Assembly: GCF_018350175.1 (NCBI RefSeq)
Contig: NC_058368.1
Coordinates: 120,716,001 to 120,780,000, forward strand
DNA length: 64,000 bases
Direction: 5' to 3'
Source: Felis catus
Lineage: Eukaryota
Part shown: positions 27,621-40,439 of the stretch, in pieces
Position numbering within the stretch: position 1 is the first letter of the stretch
How the letters are laid out: every line of letters begins with the position of its first letter
Translations under genes and position numbers: made by a program
The notes under the pieces: model-generated
Seen by the model: only the letters and a program-made list of their open reading frames with translations
Databases searched by the model: none
Told to the model about the DNA's origin: nothing

Positions 27621-27728
27621 GAAATTTCACTTTTTAGCAGAGCTATTGGTCCTCAACAGTCTCATGGGAGACTTGGCAAAATTTTGATGTTTTATTATTG
27701 ACCATACTATTAATTGTCCCCAGGGTCC

Positions 27729-28026
27729 CAGGGGTCAGCAAACTGCAACCTAGGGATAAAATGTGTCCCATGGCCTATAAGCTAACATACACAGAAATAA
27801 ATATATATAAATAACCTATTAATATATAATTAATACATTAATATATATTATATACATAAATATATCAAATAAACATAAACAATATATAATATAAATTTAT
27901 TAAATATATTTCTATATGCCATCTATATGTGTATATGTGTGTGTATATACATATGATGATACTGACTCTACCAAGCCTGAAATATTTATTTTTTGGCACT
28001 TTACAGTGAAAGTTGGCCAACACTTG
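27729..28026 (+). mobile_element. hAT-Charlie MITE (MER58-like) with internal AT-rich expansion
   Basis: caggggtcagcaaac ... gttggccaacacttg termini. The interior is TA-rich at 27790-27950. Confidence 0.7.
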
Positions 28027-30373
28027 AACTAAAATAAGTATGAAAATCTCATTACTTAAAATCTATATAGAAGATAGAACACTCGAGCCTTGTTTCACCC
28101 TTGACTCTAATTTTCAAGCAAATGGTTAAGATACTACCGCCCCCCTCACACACAAAACAAAGCTATCTGAGACAGAATGAAAGCTGTAGAAGGCACAATG
28201 TAAGAAATCAGATCTCAAAATTACTATCATGGGTTTGAGGAAGAGGATGAATTTTCCAGGTCAAGAGGAGCAGAAGAAAAGGCTCAAAAGAAACAGAGAA
28301 TATGGAAGTCTGAGAAAATTCAAGTAGCCCAGCTCAGGTCAGGGTGCAAGGTATTGCTGAGATTTAAAGCTACCTAAGAAAATAAAGGTTAGAAATGACA
28401 AGACTTATGTAAAGAAAAATATTTAGATGTTCTCCCAAATGTACTGGGGAGCAACTTGAACTGTACAGTTCACTGCTATCCCTAATATCACTAATTCTAG
28501 GTTACCCCCATACAAGCAATCAGACCCCATCCCAAATGTGAGGCTGTAATGGTAGTTATTGAGAAAAACAGGTGTTATTGAATCTCAGATCCACAAGTAC
28601 AACTGGGGCCTTCTAAGATCCATAAAGCATCCATTTTCCAGCTCACATGATCCTAGGGCCCCCAAGTGAGTTCAGGCATTTCAGATAGAATTAAGGATAT
28701 CAACAAAGATACTCAGAAAATAAAAATCTGAGACTCAGGAAAATCTCCCAGGGAAACGTATTTTGACAAAACACACACCAAAAGAAATAGCATGTTCCTT
28801 GCTGTCAAGGAATGGTTATCGTATTGTCCACCATGGGACCAGAAGGAAGAAGTTATCTCATTTATCAAGTATCTAGGTAGTGGAGTGGGGGGAGGGGGGG
28901 GAGAAAAAACAACTCAAAAAACTGCAGCGTCAAAATATATTGCAACTTGCATCCTTGCAATTTTCCTCCCCCTGTAGAATTCACACCTGTTTTGACAATA
29001 TTTCTGCAAACTCCTCTGCAAATGCATCATTTTCTGAGAGCTAACTAGCCATCCACAAAGCTCCACAGGGACCCCAGGAGAAAATAGGGGCATAGAGGGA
29101 CACAATACATCCACCTCTTACATCTTTGCAAGAGGCTTTAGGAAATCATGAGCCTGCATTTCACTGTCTGTCACAGGTGCCCAGAAATAGTAGATTTAGA
29201 GTCATAAACCATTCCCTCCACTGCCAGTAAGATCAGAGAGAAGGGAATTGGGTTTTCATGTTCTGAGAGAGCCAACACAGCAAGACTAGCTCAGAATCAC
29301 CAAACGGATACGTGGTCAGGAGTACAAGTATTAGGAAATGAACCTGAAAGAAATACATGCCTAATCTATCAGATTGCGTCAGAATGAGACTGTAACATGA
29401 GGATGGGTGAAATAAAGAATTTGATGAACCAATTACTTTTCTAAGAGGGTAGAGTTTGAAATGACCTTTGGGCAATTCCTATGCATTATGTAAATTACAT
29501 AAATCCTCTTTGCCTCAACTTTTTCCAGCCATGGCTGCAATTACTAATCCTATGTAGGCTTCAACCAGCTTCAACTCGTGTAACCCAACAGTCCATCTCA
29601 GCCAGTACTTTCCACCTCCCACTTCCTGCCCTGGGCATCCGTTAGGGAACCACTGGGCACTCATTCATGTGCAATCCAAGAGTGCAAAAGAGTTAATGCC
29701 CCATTAGACAACTGCTGGGCCAAGAATGGGTCCTGGCTGCTGATGTATCGTTATTTCCGTTCCTCTTTTAGAGGAGTAGTTCTGAGATGCATTTCATCAA
29801 GCTCCACAGAAACTCTCTCAGAATCAATTACCAGTTGATTAGCAGTGGCCAAATCAATAACATACCTTTTTAGTGTCCTTCCTCCCTTTTTCCGTTTTCA
29901 TTCTCCTGCCTCTCATGCCTGCTCCCTACAATCACATTCCCAAATTAACTATGTGCACACCGGTCTATCCCCAGTCTCTGCTTTCAGCGGAAGCCAGGTT
30001 AAGACAGGAGCACTTTGGTGATTTTTAAGTTGTGCTCCATGGTGCTCTGGGTTTATTAATTAATTCAACATACACTTACTTTGTTCCTTCCTGCAGCTGG
30101 CACTTTTCTAGGCGCTGGGAATATAGCAAGGAACAATGTTCTTGTTCCCATAGAACTTGCATTGAAACAATAGTCAAACAAGCAACAACAAATAAACAAG
30201 GTCATTTGAGAAAATGATGAAAACCAAGAAGGAAATAAACAAGATGAATGTGATAGTAAGTAAACTGTGGCCTTTTACTTAGTATAATGAAGGAAGTCCT
30301 TTCTTGGGAGGTGACATTTGAGCTCAGCCCTGAATCTCATGAAGTAAGTAGTCATGGTAAGATTTTACAGAAA

Positions 30374-30626
30374 GGGGCGCCTGGGTGGCGCAGTCGGTTA
30401 AGCGTCCGACTTCAGCCAGGTCACGATCTCGCGGTCCGGGAGTTCGAGCCCCGCGTCGGGCTCTGGGCTGATGGCTCAGAGCCTGGAGCCTGCTTCCGAT
30501 TCTGTGCCTCCCTCTCTCTCTGCCCCTCCCCCGTTCATGCTCTGTCTCTCTCTGTCCCAAAAATAAATAAAAACGTTAAAAAAAATTTTTTTTAAATAAA
30601 AAAAAAATAAAAAAATTAAAAAAAAA
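30374..30626 (+). mobile_element. Young feline CAN-SINE
   Basis: CpGs retained. TSD aagattttac(a/g)gaaag. Confidence 0.96.
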
Positions 30627-31655
30627 AGATTTTACGGAAAGACGTTCCAGGAAGAAGGAGCAGCAGGTGCAAAGCCCTTGAGTGAGAGAACACTTGATAA
30701 ATCTAAAGACGGCATGCCTGTGTTCCATTGAGCAACTAGGAGACTGGCCTGTCCAGAGATGGGGAAGGTAGGGGGTTAATCCAAGTGGCCAACACCAGAT
30801 TGCACCCAGAATCACCCCTCCTCTCAAATCATCTGTACCGGGTCAAGTTCACCATTTCTGTCCTCTTCCCCTGAGGGTGGTGGGGGGGCTCCCCCTCTTA
30901 TTCATTATGTAGAGAGTGTTCTGTGGATCCCCCTGAGTCTCCTCATTATCTGTGCCTCAGTTGCCACCTCATGGGCTGCAGTGATGGAAAAGGAGATTGG
31001 ACTGGCTAGACGGACAAACACAATGTTGAAGACACTCCCGGTTAGGAAGGTGGTGGGAAAATAGAGTTGTGGGAAGTAGGCCGGTACATATAAACATCCA
31101 TTCCTTCATCCTGTTAGAAGGACACTCAATTTTACAAAATGCTATGCTCTTCCTTATAAAACCAAGGCAATTCTGTGACTCCATCCAGAAACTTAGCAAC
31201 TCTCTCCCTCAAAAATTTCTCACTGGATCTAACACGAACACCTCTTTTTATTGGCCAAATGGTGGGGGAGACCATGTGCCATACGGGTGGCATCCTTTAT
31301 CTAACGTGCCACGGTTAACCCCACAGGGCGAGCTTTTTCTTTCCCACCCCTTCGCCCCCCAGGAATCCACACGCTCACCCTCACTTCCCTTTCCCTATTT
31401 CCATTCAATGCTGGTCTTCTGGCCTTTCACTGGATTAGAGTGTCAGAGTCTGATAAGGGCTAGAAGTGGGAGCCCTGACCAAATTCGGGCATCAGCCTTT
31501 AGACAGATAAGTGAGAATTATTTTTGAAACATCTGCTTACAGTTGTACAGTCGACAAGTGTGTACAGGTAGCCCTGATTTCAAAGAGGCAGAACGATACC
31601 GTATAAAATATAACTTTTTCCCCTTATAACCTAAAACTTTCTTTTCCATAACTAC

Positions 31656-31843
31656 CTAGGGGCCTCTGAATGTGTAATCACGTGCTTTAGGCTGGGCGAA
31701 GAACAGCGTCCCCAAACTTCCTTCTTCCTGTATTTCGAAAAGAACTTTTCCCCGTTACCATTTGAATTGTTAATCCTCTCCTGTTGCTGTTGGCAGAAAC
31801 ATATATCTTATGTCATTTTGATAAAGTTGTGCATTTAATGTTC
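31656..31843 (-). pseudogene. Exon, 188 nt: (G)TLNAQLYQNDIRYMFLPTATG/fs/RINNSNGNGEKFFSKYRKKEVWGRCSSPSLKHVITHSEAP
   Basis: Acceptor ttttttccctctcacttaactgtag|GA, donor CCTAG|gtagtt (phase 2, matches the next exon). One frameshift between ~31810 and 31772 makes it stop-free from a phase-1 start. Confidence 0.65.
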
Positions 31844-34322
31844 CTACAGTTAAGTGAGAGGGAAAAAAATCTTAACATTTTTAAAATGAGGCACTTCAAG
31901 CAGCAGAGAGAACACGATGTGGAATGACTAATTCCCAGGTAGTAGGTTACCCCAAGGAACATACATCATTCTCCAGCCTGCAGAAAATAACAGGCATTTT
32001 TCATTCCCCTTTGCATACATGTTCAGTTTCACTACCTACTCTCTGAGAAGGAGAGTGTTTGGCTTTGTTTCTTTGGACCACCTATAACAGAGAAGGAGAT
32101 GGTTTCCAGGCCTTTCCCTCCCAAAGGAAGCAAAGACCCTGAGACCTCTGGCTTATAACTAGAATCAGGGAGCATCTCAGAGAGGTTCAGTGGCTTTCCT
32201 AAGGATGCACAGGACTTCTCTCAAGTACCTCTACCAAAACCAGACTCCCCGTAAGTGGGAAAAAGATAAGAAGCTGCACCCTCCCTGGTCTCCAGAGTAA
32301 ATTCATCAAGACTCACCACATTTTGCTGTGAGCAGAGATACTTAAGAATTCATTTTATGGAGGTGACCAGGTACTTCTGTGACTATTTAGAATCAGTTTA
32401 TCGCTAAAATAATATGCACTTAGATGTAGGGCAAAAGCAGAGTTTATGCCAGGACATCTGAGATTTGGTTTGAATGGGACCCAGGAAAATCACGAAAAAC
32501 AAACAAACAAACAAACAAAAATGCTCAGTATAGCAAACTATGTGCTTTGAAGCAGACCTCCTTGTTTTGAAACTATTCCAATGCTCACTGGCTGTGTGAC
32601 CTTGGCCTTAACCTCTTTCTTCGTTTCTCACTTGCACAATCATTATAATAACAGTGCCTGCTATTATTAATTATTGATAATAGTATCTACTATTATAATA
32701 GGGTCTGTGACAGAATTATAGGAGATAAAGCACGGGCAGGGTTTAGCGTGGTGTCTGGCCTGAGGAAGTTCATACTGAAGGTCAGATGCCCAAGGTGATG
32801 ATCAGGATGTAAGGAGAAGGTACAAGAGCTTGGGTACATACCAGATGTTTGATCCAGGCTTCCTGCAGGTGAGTCCTTTCTAGGACCTGTGAGTGAACTG
32901 CAAAAGACTCAAAGTGGTCATGGTGGGCCATGCAGATCCTATAAACTATGACGTAGGGTTGTTCTCATCATTTTGCAAAAGGGAACTGGAGCACAGAGAG
33001 ACACAGACTGCTCGGCACCTATCTTAGGATTAACAGGCAGAGCCACGATTTGGATCTTACACCCACACAAGCTCTTTCTAGTTTAAAACTCTTCCTCTGA
33101 AGGCAGAGCTTTCCCAAGTGGCTACAAATGAGAGGAAATCCCCAAAGGTCCAAACACCACGAGAAGTCACTGGAGAACCAAACCCATCTAAGGTGGACAC
33201 AAAATATCCTTTCTCCTCTTTGCGATTATAAGGAAAAGCCCACAGCTTTGCAAGTAGCTTTTCAAAGGGTGTGGGGAAATAAGTTCTACTTATATTAACC
33301 GGTTAGAGGAAAGCTGAGGGCGGGAAGCTACGGCCACGGGGCCAAAATGCCCGAGGTTAGCTAGCAAGACGTTGTAATGAGATCACGAGTAACTTGTTAT
33401 ATCACCTGCAGGAAATTACTTTCCATCTGACGCCAATTTCACAAACTCCACTTGCCCCCCCCCCCCCCCCCGACCCTTTGCTTCTAACACACACAAGTTA
33501 ATGATTATCTGATTGTTTTCTCCACCTTCATGTGTGTAAGATCTTGTTTTCTTCACATTCACCACGTGGGCAATATCTTGTGAGCTCAATAAATACAGAG
33601 ACAAAAGCTGTGTTCGGGCCTCTTGTCTCCTCCTGCTCTTTATTCTTTGTCGTATTGAATGCTGCGTTGGCTCTCTTGGTGGACAAGAAAACTCGGGACT
33701 CCTAGTCTGTGACAAAAGGACACATGCTAGTGTGCTCATTTGTCCATGCACAGTGGCAAGTGTGAGGAAGGGGGTGTTGGCCGGGGCTCTCCTTGTGCTG
33801 GTCCCACTCCTCACTGCAGTGGGAATGCCCTTGGTCATGACAGGAATGCCTGCCCAATTCCTCTGCCTAGACACAAAGCATCTTCACTCAGGACTAATGG
33901 GCAAAAGCCAACAAGCCTCATGTCAAATTTGCTATGAGCCACATCCTGTGCTGAACCCTTCACATGCCTCATTGTATGTTAATTCTCGCACCTACTCTAT
34001 GACATGGATGAAACATGCCCGTTTTACAGAAGGGAAAACTGAAGCTCTCCAAGGTCAGGTACATTACCAGTGTCATTCAAATGATGAGTAGGGAGACCCA
34101 AGATTCTACCGCAGGCCCATCAGACCCCAAACCTGCCCTCAATATCTTGTCTCACCCCAAGGAGTAACTCTTCAAGTGGTCACATCTTTGTAACAGTCCA
34201 TGTTAGCTCCCAGGGAAGCCAAATTGTTGTAGATCCCTTTTATTAGGACAGTGCCTCTTCTCCCAGAAAAAGGTTGGTCCTTTAAACTGACACCGCATTA
34301 ACACTGAGAGAAATGTGTGTAC

Positions 34323-34621
34323 CCAACTGTCTCGTTTGTAGACGGCAGCCACCCTGATTTGAAGGGAATCCAATATCAGCGATGACACCTAGTTCTTCGA
34401 TGATTTCCGAAGCCTGGCTGGATAAAGTAAATGTAAATTTCAGCACACCATCCTTTTCCACTACTGAGTGGGGGACTCCTTCACTCTGAGTAATAGAGCA
34501 AACACGGAATGGTGAGAGTACATGATACATCAGCTTTAACTTATGCAAGAAAGACAGCTTATTTTGCTCTTCCCACACTCCATGCACCTCCACCAGCTCA
34601 GGCATCAGCTTCAGAGCTGCC
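34323..34621 (-). pseudogene. Exon, ~299 nt, phase 2>1, fully open: AALKLMPELVEVHGVWEEQNKLSFLHKLKLMYHVLSPFRVC...DGVLKFTFTL...GCRLQTRQL
   Basis: Acceptor tccttgttctgtccttttaaag|G. 99 open codons (ORF 34282..34605). The donor G|gtacac is weak, so the 3' boundary is uncertain; nearby alternative GTs at ~34389 and ~34352 are also phase 1. Confidence 0.75.
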
Positions 34622-35415
34622 CTTTAAAAGGACAGAACAAGGAACAGAGATTCTAGGACCAAACAGGTAGGATCTTCTTCTCAGCTTTGCCTTTTCTCCT
34701 GCCGCATGCACATTTTTTTATTTCCTAAATATTTAGGGCACATCCAGCACCATGCCAGTCAAACTAGACCTAAGGAAATGGGTTCCTGCCCTCAAGGAGC
34801 ACAAGGTATAGTAGGACAGGCAGGCAAATGGACCCACAATTACGATACAGTACAGAGACTGCAGGAAGAAAGGTGTGGGCAAGATAATTTGCATATCACT
34901 CTGCTTCTCTCTGCCTCTGTTTCCTCGTGTGTCACATGGGAATGATAATAAAAATCTATTGCACAAGGTTGGTGTGAGACCTACCTGTGATGCAGAACGG
35001 AAGGCATTCATACCCAGTCCAGGAGCACACAGGTTGTAGTTTGGATCAAATAGTTTCCAGGTTAAGTGAGAAACCTATGGAAGGTGAAGCAATGGAACTA
35101 TAAAGGCGAGCTGAAGGCATGAGGGGCAGAGAGATATGTGGTGGGATTTTGTACCCGCCGTGCTCTGCAGTGCTTCTCAGGTCTCCCCCAGTCATCTACC
35201 AGTGGATGCAGAGAGAGGGGGTAGAGTGGAGGCAGGACTCAGGGCTGAGAACCTGTAGCCCTTGTTCGCACCGTCAACTCTTTTCAGGTTAATGTATGGA
35301 GTCTCCACATAAAATTTCATTTGAAGAAAGGGGTCAACAACTTGAAAAAAAGAAAAAAAGCTAACAAACCACTCTATGTCAAACTTGCAGAAAATCACAA
35401 AAGCTCTCTGGCTAA

Positions 35416-35652
35416 TTTTTTTAAGTTTATTTATTATTATTATTATTATTTTGAGAGAGAGACAGAGACAGAGAGACAGAGTACAAGCACGGGAGGGCCA
35501 GAGAGAGAGGAAGAGAGAGAGAGAATCCCAAGCAGGCTCCACACTGACAGCATAGAGCCCTATGTGGGGCTCAAACTCACAAACCGTGAGATCGTGACCT
35601 GAGCTGCAACCAAGAGTCTGATGCTTAACCACCTGGGCCACCCAGGTGCCCC
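35416..35652 (-). mobile_element. CAN-SINE
   Basis: Reverse head ccacccaggtgcccc, (TTA)n tail. TSD ~tctctgg. Confidence 0.93.
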
Positions 35653-36352
35653 AGAAGATCTCTGGTTAAAAGATGGGATTGCAATCCAGTTGGGAAACCC
35701 CTAGAATGGAGGTATGTTTGCTATGGTTGAAGAGTATAATCAAAAAATATTCTTCTAACCTCTCAACAAAGTTGGAAGATCAAGACAAGAATTTTATTAC
35801 TGAATGAGCATTAAGTCTGAATGTAATGTGTTGCACAGGCAAGCCACTAAGATAAAACAGAAAGAAATCTCACCTTTCCATACAGGCAAGCAGATACAGC
35901 CCATTATATCCAAAGTCAGAGGACTTGACAGCATCTCTTGTCACACAAAGCTCATCCTAAATTCACCTGGTAACTGGGATGACCACCTGTGTCAGCTAAT
36001 TACCTTTACACAAAGGAAAAGTAAACAGCACACATCTGTATGACAGGAGGTGGGCTTGCAATTTGGAGCTGGTGCCCCCCGAGGTCAGGCCCCCACAGAA
36101 ACTGGGCAATAAGACGTGACCTCCCTGATGTCAACATTTCAAAGGAGTGCTTCCGAGGTCCCTGAGAAAGACCATCCTCGGTCATAATACCGCCAAGAGG
36201 ACTTTTAAAAGATTTACCTGTCAAAGGTCAGAGAAAGAATTTGAGTTACAGCTTTTTGCAACATTACAAGTTTTCTAAAATAAACGCTCTAAGAGAATAA
36301 AGGGGAAACATAACTTCTTTATTCTTAACCTGGAGAATTCAGCCTCTTATAC

Positions 36353-36375
36353 CTGTCTTAAGCTCTCTGGTTTTT

Positions 36376-36416
<41 letters not shown>

Positions 36417-36637
36417 GATGGGAGGGTTAAGCATCAAAAATACATCCATATTCCCTCCTCTCCAGCTGGACAACAGGCTGGAGAGAAAGGCGGACAACAT
36501 ACTGGAAGACTTGACTGTTTGAATAGAGAAGGAAATTTCCATGATTCAAAATCCCCAGCTACACAAAATTCAACTACTTGTGAGACATGTTTCCAAATAC
36601 GATTTCTACAAAATATTGGCTTACATTTGATTGGCTT
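36353..36637 (-). pseudogene. Exon, 285 nt, phase 2>2, four stops and an internal A37 run: SQSNVSQYFVEIVFGNMSHK*LNFV*LGILNHGNFLLYSNSQVFQYVVRLSLQPVVQLERREYGCIFDA*PSHPK...
   Basis: Acceptor cccctttggctccattgacag|A, donor GACAG|gtataa. Stops at 36576, 36561, 36429 and 36360. The frame was chosen from phase fit and similarity to exon 26697-26390; a phase-0 frame is open for 67 codons, so the frame is not certain. Confidence 0.6.
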
Positions 36638-37108
36638 CTGTCAATGGAGCCAAAGGGGATACACTTCCACGACCGACATGGGGAAAGGTAGACCTTCACA
36701 CCGCTTTGAAAACCTGCCCCATCATCCAGCATACCTCTGGAATAGAACCCCTCAGAATCCTCAGTGCCTGGTTCCTCCTGGTTCCGGCTCTGTGAAAGCA
36801 GGAAACTTGTCTGTCTTCTTCTTTGTGGTAGTTTCAAGTGTCTAGAAAAGTGGCTGGCGTGTAGTGGGTCTTCGGTGCATATTTGCTGAATTAATGAATG
36901 AAAGACTGAATACTTGATGAATCCTAATCTCTGATACCAAGCTGCAGGCTAATTCTCCCATGCCTGAGTTGTTTGCAGCAGTCATTCAGCAAACGTTTAA
37001 AAAACAAACTCTGCCATCCAGCCTCTGCCCAGCCTTCCCTTGGAGACCAGACACAGACACTCCAGGCACCTAGCAGCTCCCTCATCACCGTCCTCATTAT
37101 TATTTTAC

Positions 37109-37340
37109 CTGGAGCTCAAAGCAAGTCCCACCCACTCCTCCTTTCTTCCTTCTCTGAATCCAGTGCGCTGATTGTTTTCCCTCACCATCCCCCTGAGAAA
37201 AGACAAGGCCACTGTCTGAACCAGGAGAGCTGGTAGATGAGAGGAGAGAAATAAAATCCATTTTTACGCCCATCCTGTGGTTTGCCTGCAGGGTTGCTGC
37301 TCCCTCTCCCGTCGATGTCCAGCCCAAACATCTATGCTCT
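37109..37340 (-). pseudogene. Exon, 232 nt: RA*MFGLDIDGR...NGFYFSPLIYQLSWFRQWPCLF/fs/...KEEWVGLALSS
   Basis: Acceptor aacttatttctgttttag|A, donor CTCCAG|gtaaaa. The frame is ambiguous (a different frame is fully open, ORF 37100..37327). The frame shown is preferred because it aligns with exons 31843-31656 and 26697-26390. Confidence 0.6.
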
Positions 37341-37689
37341 CTAAAACAGAAATAAGTTGTCCCTCAAGATCAATATAGAAATAACTGACATTTCCTTCAG
37401 ACATTAAATTTTCATTTCAGTGAGGAAAAGACAGGGAACGGAGAGGAGTGGAGAGTTCTCTGAACAAAAACGACTTTCAGCCACATATTAAATGGCTAGC
37501 GTTCTAACATGAATCGAATGCCTAAGGAGCTACAGAATCAGGATCTGACTCCTGGGAGAAATCCCCCAGGAAAGCTTGACATTGAGGAAGGATCGTGGTT
37601 ACTCATTTCTTTCTCATGTGTAATGCAGAGGGAACATTCCCGATAAGGACAATTATCAGCATTTGTGGTGCATTTTCTACACATCAGGT

Positions 37690-37895
37690 ATAACCTAAGC
37701 CATCTGCACCCATTGTTCAATTCTCATGAAAGTCTACATGGCCTCACTCTTCCTGAGATTGTTCTTTTACAGGTGAGGAAATAATGATTCAGAGAGGTGA
37801 AGTCACTTGCTGAAGATCACACAGCTGGTTAAGTGGCAAAGGCAGTATTTGAACCCAGATCTGTTGACTTCAGGGCTCCCGGTCCACTGTACTGC
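37690..37895. mobile_element. MIR SINE remnant
   Basis: ttttacaggtgaggaaa...cagagaggtgaagtcacttgc..aagatcacacagct core. Other MIRs lie at ~32530-32780, 33910-34110, 34900-35010, 53900-54120 and 60550-60680. Confidence 0.8.
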
Positions 37896-38609
37896 ATGGG
37901 ACAGAAAGAAGATGCAGAAAGAGAAGACTGGGAGGGAAGAAGGTAAATTTGGCCCTTTGTTCCCACCTAGGGCTCCAAGATTCTAAGATGCTGTGGTAGG
38001 ATCTCATACCTGGAGGTTTCCAAAGACATGCAGTTTACCTACTGCTGGAGCTTTTTTTTTTTTTTTTTTCTTTTTCCTAAGTCAAATCACTAGGTAACTG
38101 AATTTACTTGCCTACATATCATAATTGGGCTAGGTACAGAACAGCTCTGACCTACTTTAAAATCAATTTCAATGTACCCCATGGATTCTTTCCAGCTATT
38201 TTACAAACACCACTCTGTTTTTGTTAAATAAATTTAATTGCTCCTGGAGTGTTAACAGATGACACTGCCTCCCAAGAAGAGTTTGCCAAGATCAGAGCTT
38301 CTGTGCAACACTGTCTTGCAAGAAAATCCCTAAGCCCTGCTTTGTGACAGCCTCACAACTGGCCAACTGTGAGTTTTAAACCTCTAATATAATGTGTTAT
38401 CAAAAAACTCCTGTGACAGTCCTTTTATTAATGAGATTTAAGATTCCTCTCCCCTCTCAACCCTTTACCCGAGCCTCAATATTTTGTTTTGAGATGGAGA
38501 TCTAGTAAGGGCTTCAAAGATGGTTTCTGTTTTAAAATATCCCCCTTGGAATTAATTGGGGGCAGGAGAAGCAGAATCAGTCATCAGAGAAGACTAAGAT
38601 CTGGGGAAG

Positions 38610-40100
38610 ACAGATTCATTCATTCAATCCCATATTCAGTCCCTGGAAGGCATTCAGTGCTTGCTGTGAATGAGGCCGTGTTCTAGACTCTGTGGATGCA
38701 CTGATGAACTAATGAACAGAACCAACCAGACTCATAGAGCTTCCAGCCTCATTGGAGAGAAATCTATAAAAAACAATCTCACCAAAAACATACAATTTTT
38801 TCTAATTGTCACAATTATCGCAATGCCATAATGAAAAAGTAAATGTAAGGAGAGGGTGGGTAGAAAATTAAAGGAGATGACCATTGAGCTTAGATCTGAA
38901 GGAGGAAAAAATGTTAAGCAGGAGAAGAGGGGAGATAGGAAATCATCAGATGCAGGCATTAGTAAAGAGAACAGATTGGAGGGGACAATAGTGATGCTAG
39001 ATGCCAGTGGATCTGCAAAAGAACTCTAGAACAGTTCTATTTCAACTCCCATTGGCATCATAGACTATTTGTTACACTAACCTTAAAGATTACCTCATCC
39101 AATCTGTCATCCACTGTAAGAATCTCAAACTCTATTCATACAATGATTTAGAAAATATGTCGAAGATTTCTAGGCTCTGGAGATAGGGTGAGTAACAAAA
39201 AAAGTTCCAGTCTGCCTATAATGTATGTTCCAGTGAGAAGAATGAAATGATACCCAAAGAGGCAAATGGGGAACCGGTCAAAGTTTGGAAAGACTATGAA
39301 GAAATAAAAGTACAGAGTGGAGGGTAGACAGCTTTCTGGGCAGGGCTGTTTAAGTACGCAGTCTAGAACATCCTCATCAGAAAGAAGGTGACATCCAAGG
39401 AAGACACTTGAAGAAGATAAGAGAGTGAGGCATGCAAGTATCAGGACAAAGGGCAGTCGAGACAGACCAAAGCACAAAACTAAAGGCCTTGAGGTAGGTG
39501 TGTGTGGGTGTGTTCTAGGAGCAGTGAGGAGGCCTGCATGGTTGGAGCCCAGGGAACATGAGCAGGAGAGTAGTAGGAAATGAGGGCAAGTGGTGACAGA
39601 AGACCAGTTCCTCTAGGGCCTTGTAAGTCCTTTCACAAGAGGAAAGGCTGTTGCAATAAACAAGGCAAACACATTACGATGACGTGGACCCAGTAACAGT
39701 GGTAGAGAGAGTGAGAAGTAATTGTTTTCCAGACATGTAGAGATACTAGAGCTAACGACACTTGCTGATGGACTCAACATGGAGTATGACAGAAAGAAGA
39801 GACACCAAGATGACTCCAAGGTTTATGGCCTGAGCAATTGGAACAGCTGGGCTACCAATGACTGAAATGGGAAAAACTGGGGGAGAAGCACATTTAGGGG
39901 AGAAGAATCTAAAGAGAACAGGTGTGCACACGTTAAGTACAAGATGCTCATACTAGAGTTAATTGAGATATGAAGCAGACCATTAGTATTACAGGAGAAG
40001 CTTCATGGTAGAGACGTAGGCTGGAGTCCCACAGTTGGGAGTATAGGATGAGATGACCTTCAGAGACAGTATAAAGAAGTCAGAGGACTAGGCTCCAAAG
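38610..40100 (-). mobile_element. L2 (LINE-2) remnants
   Basis: cattcattcaa end, gaaggtgaca...gaaga, agatgactccaaggttt.tggcctgagca..tgga, gagactagagc-type motifs. Similar remnants lie at ~7400-7860, 12880-13260, 24100-24770, 30060-30720, 53180-53590 and 61600-63240. Confidence 0.7.
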
Positions 40101-40201
40101 AACTGTTATCCAGGCAATCCAGTCCATTCTTTATACATTCATTCCACAGATATTGAACACCTTCCAAAGGCCAGAAAAAGGAGATCAAGAAGTGGAGACT
40201 A

Positions 40202-40423
40202 GGGGCACCTGAATGGTTCAGTCGGTTAAGTGTCTAACTTCGGCTCAGGTCATGATCTCACAGTCTGTGAGTTTGAGCCCTACATCAGGCTCTGTGCTGA
40301 CACCCTGGAGCCTGCTTCGGATTCTGTGTCTCCCTCTCTCTGCCCCTCCCCTGCTCACACTCTCTCTCTCTTTCAAAAACAAAACAAAAAAAACATCAAA
40401 AAAGATTTTTTTAATTAAAAAAA
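40202..40423 (+). mobile_element. CAN-SINE
   Basis: Head ggggcacctgaatggttcagtcgg. TSD ~aagtggaga. Confidence 0.93.
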
Positions 40424-40439
40424 TCATAAGTGGAGATTT

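Noticed and set aside
28988..29034. Mini-exon ENDAFAEEFAEILSKQ (minus)
   Set aside because: Weak acceptor, and phase 1>0 does not fit between the flanking phase-2 junctions.
36417..36688. Plus-strand exon after the T37-AG pseudo-acceptor (open frame DGRVKHQK...)
   Set aside because: It is antisense to the minus-strand exon, has no partner plus-strand exons, and the T run is explained as an expanded poly(A).
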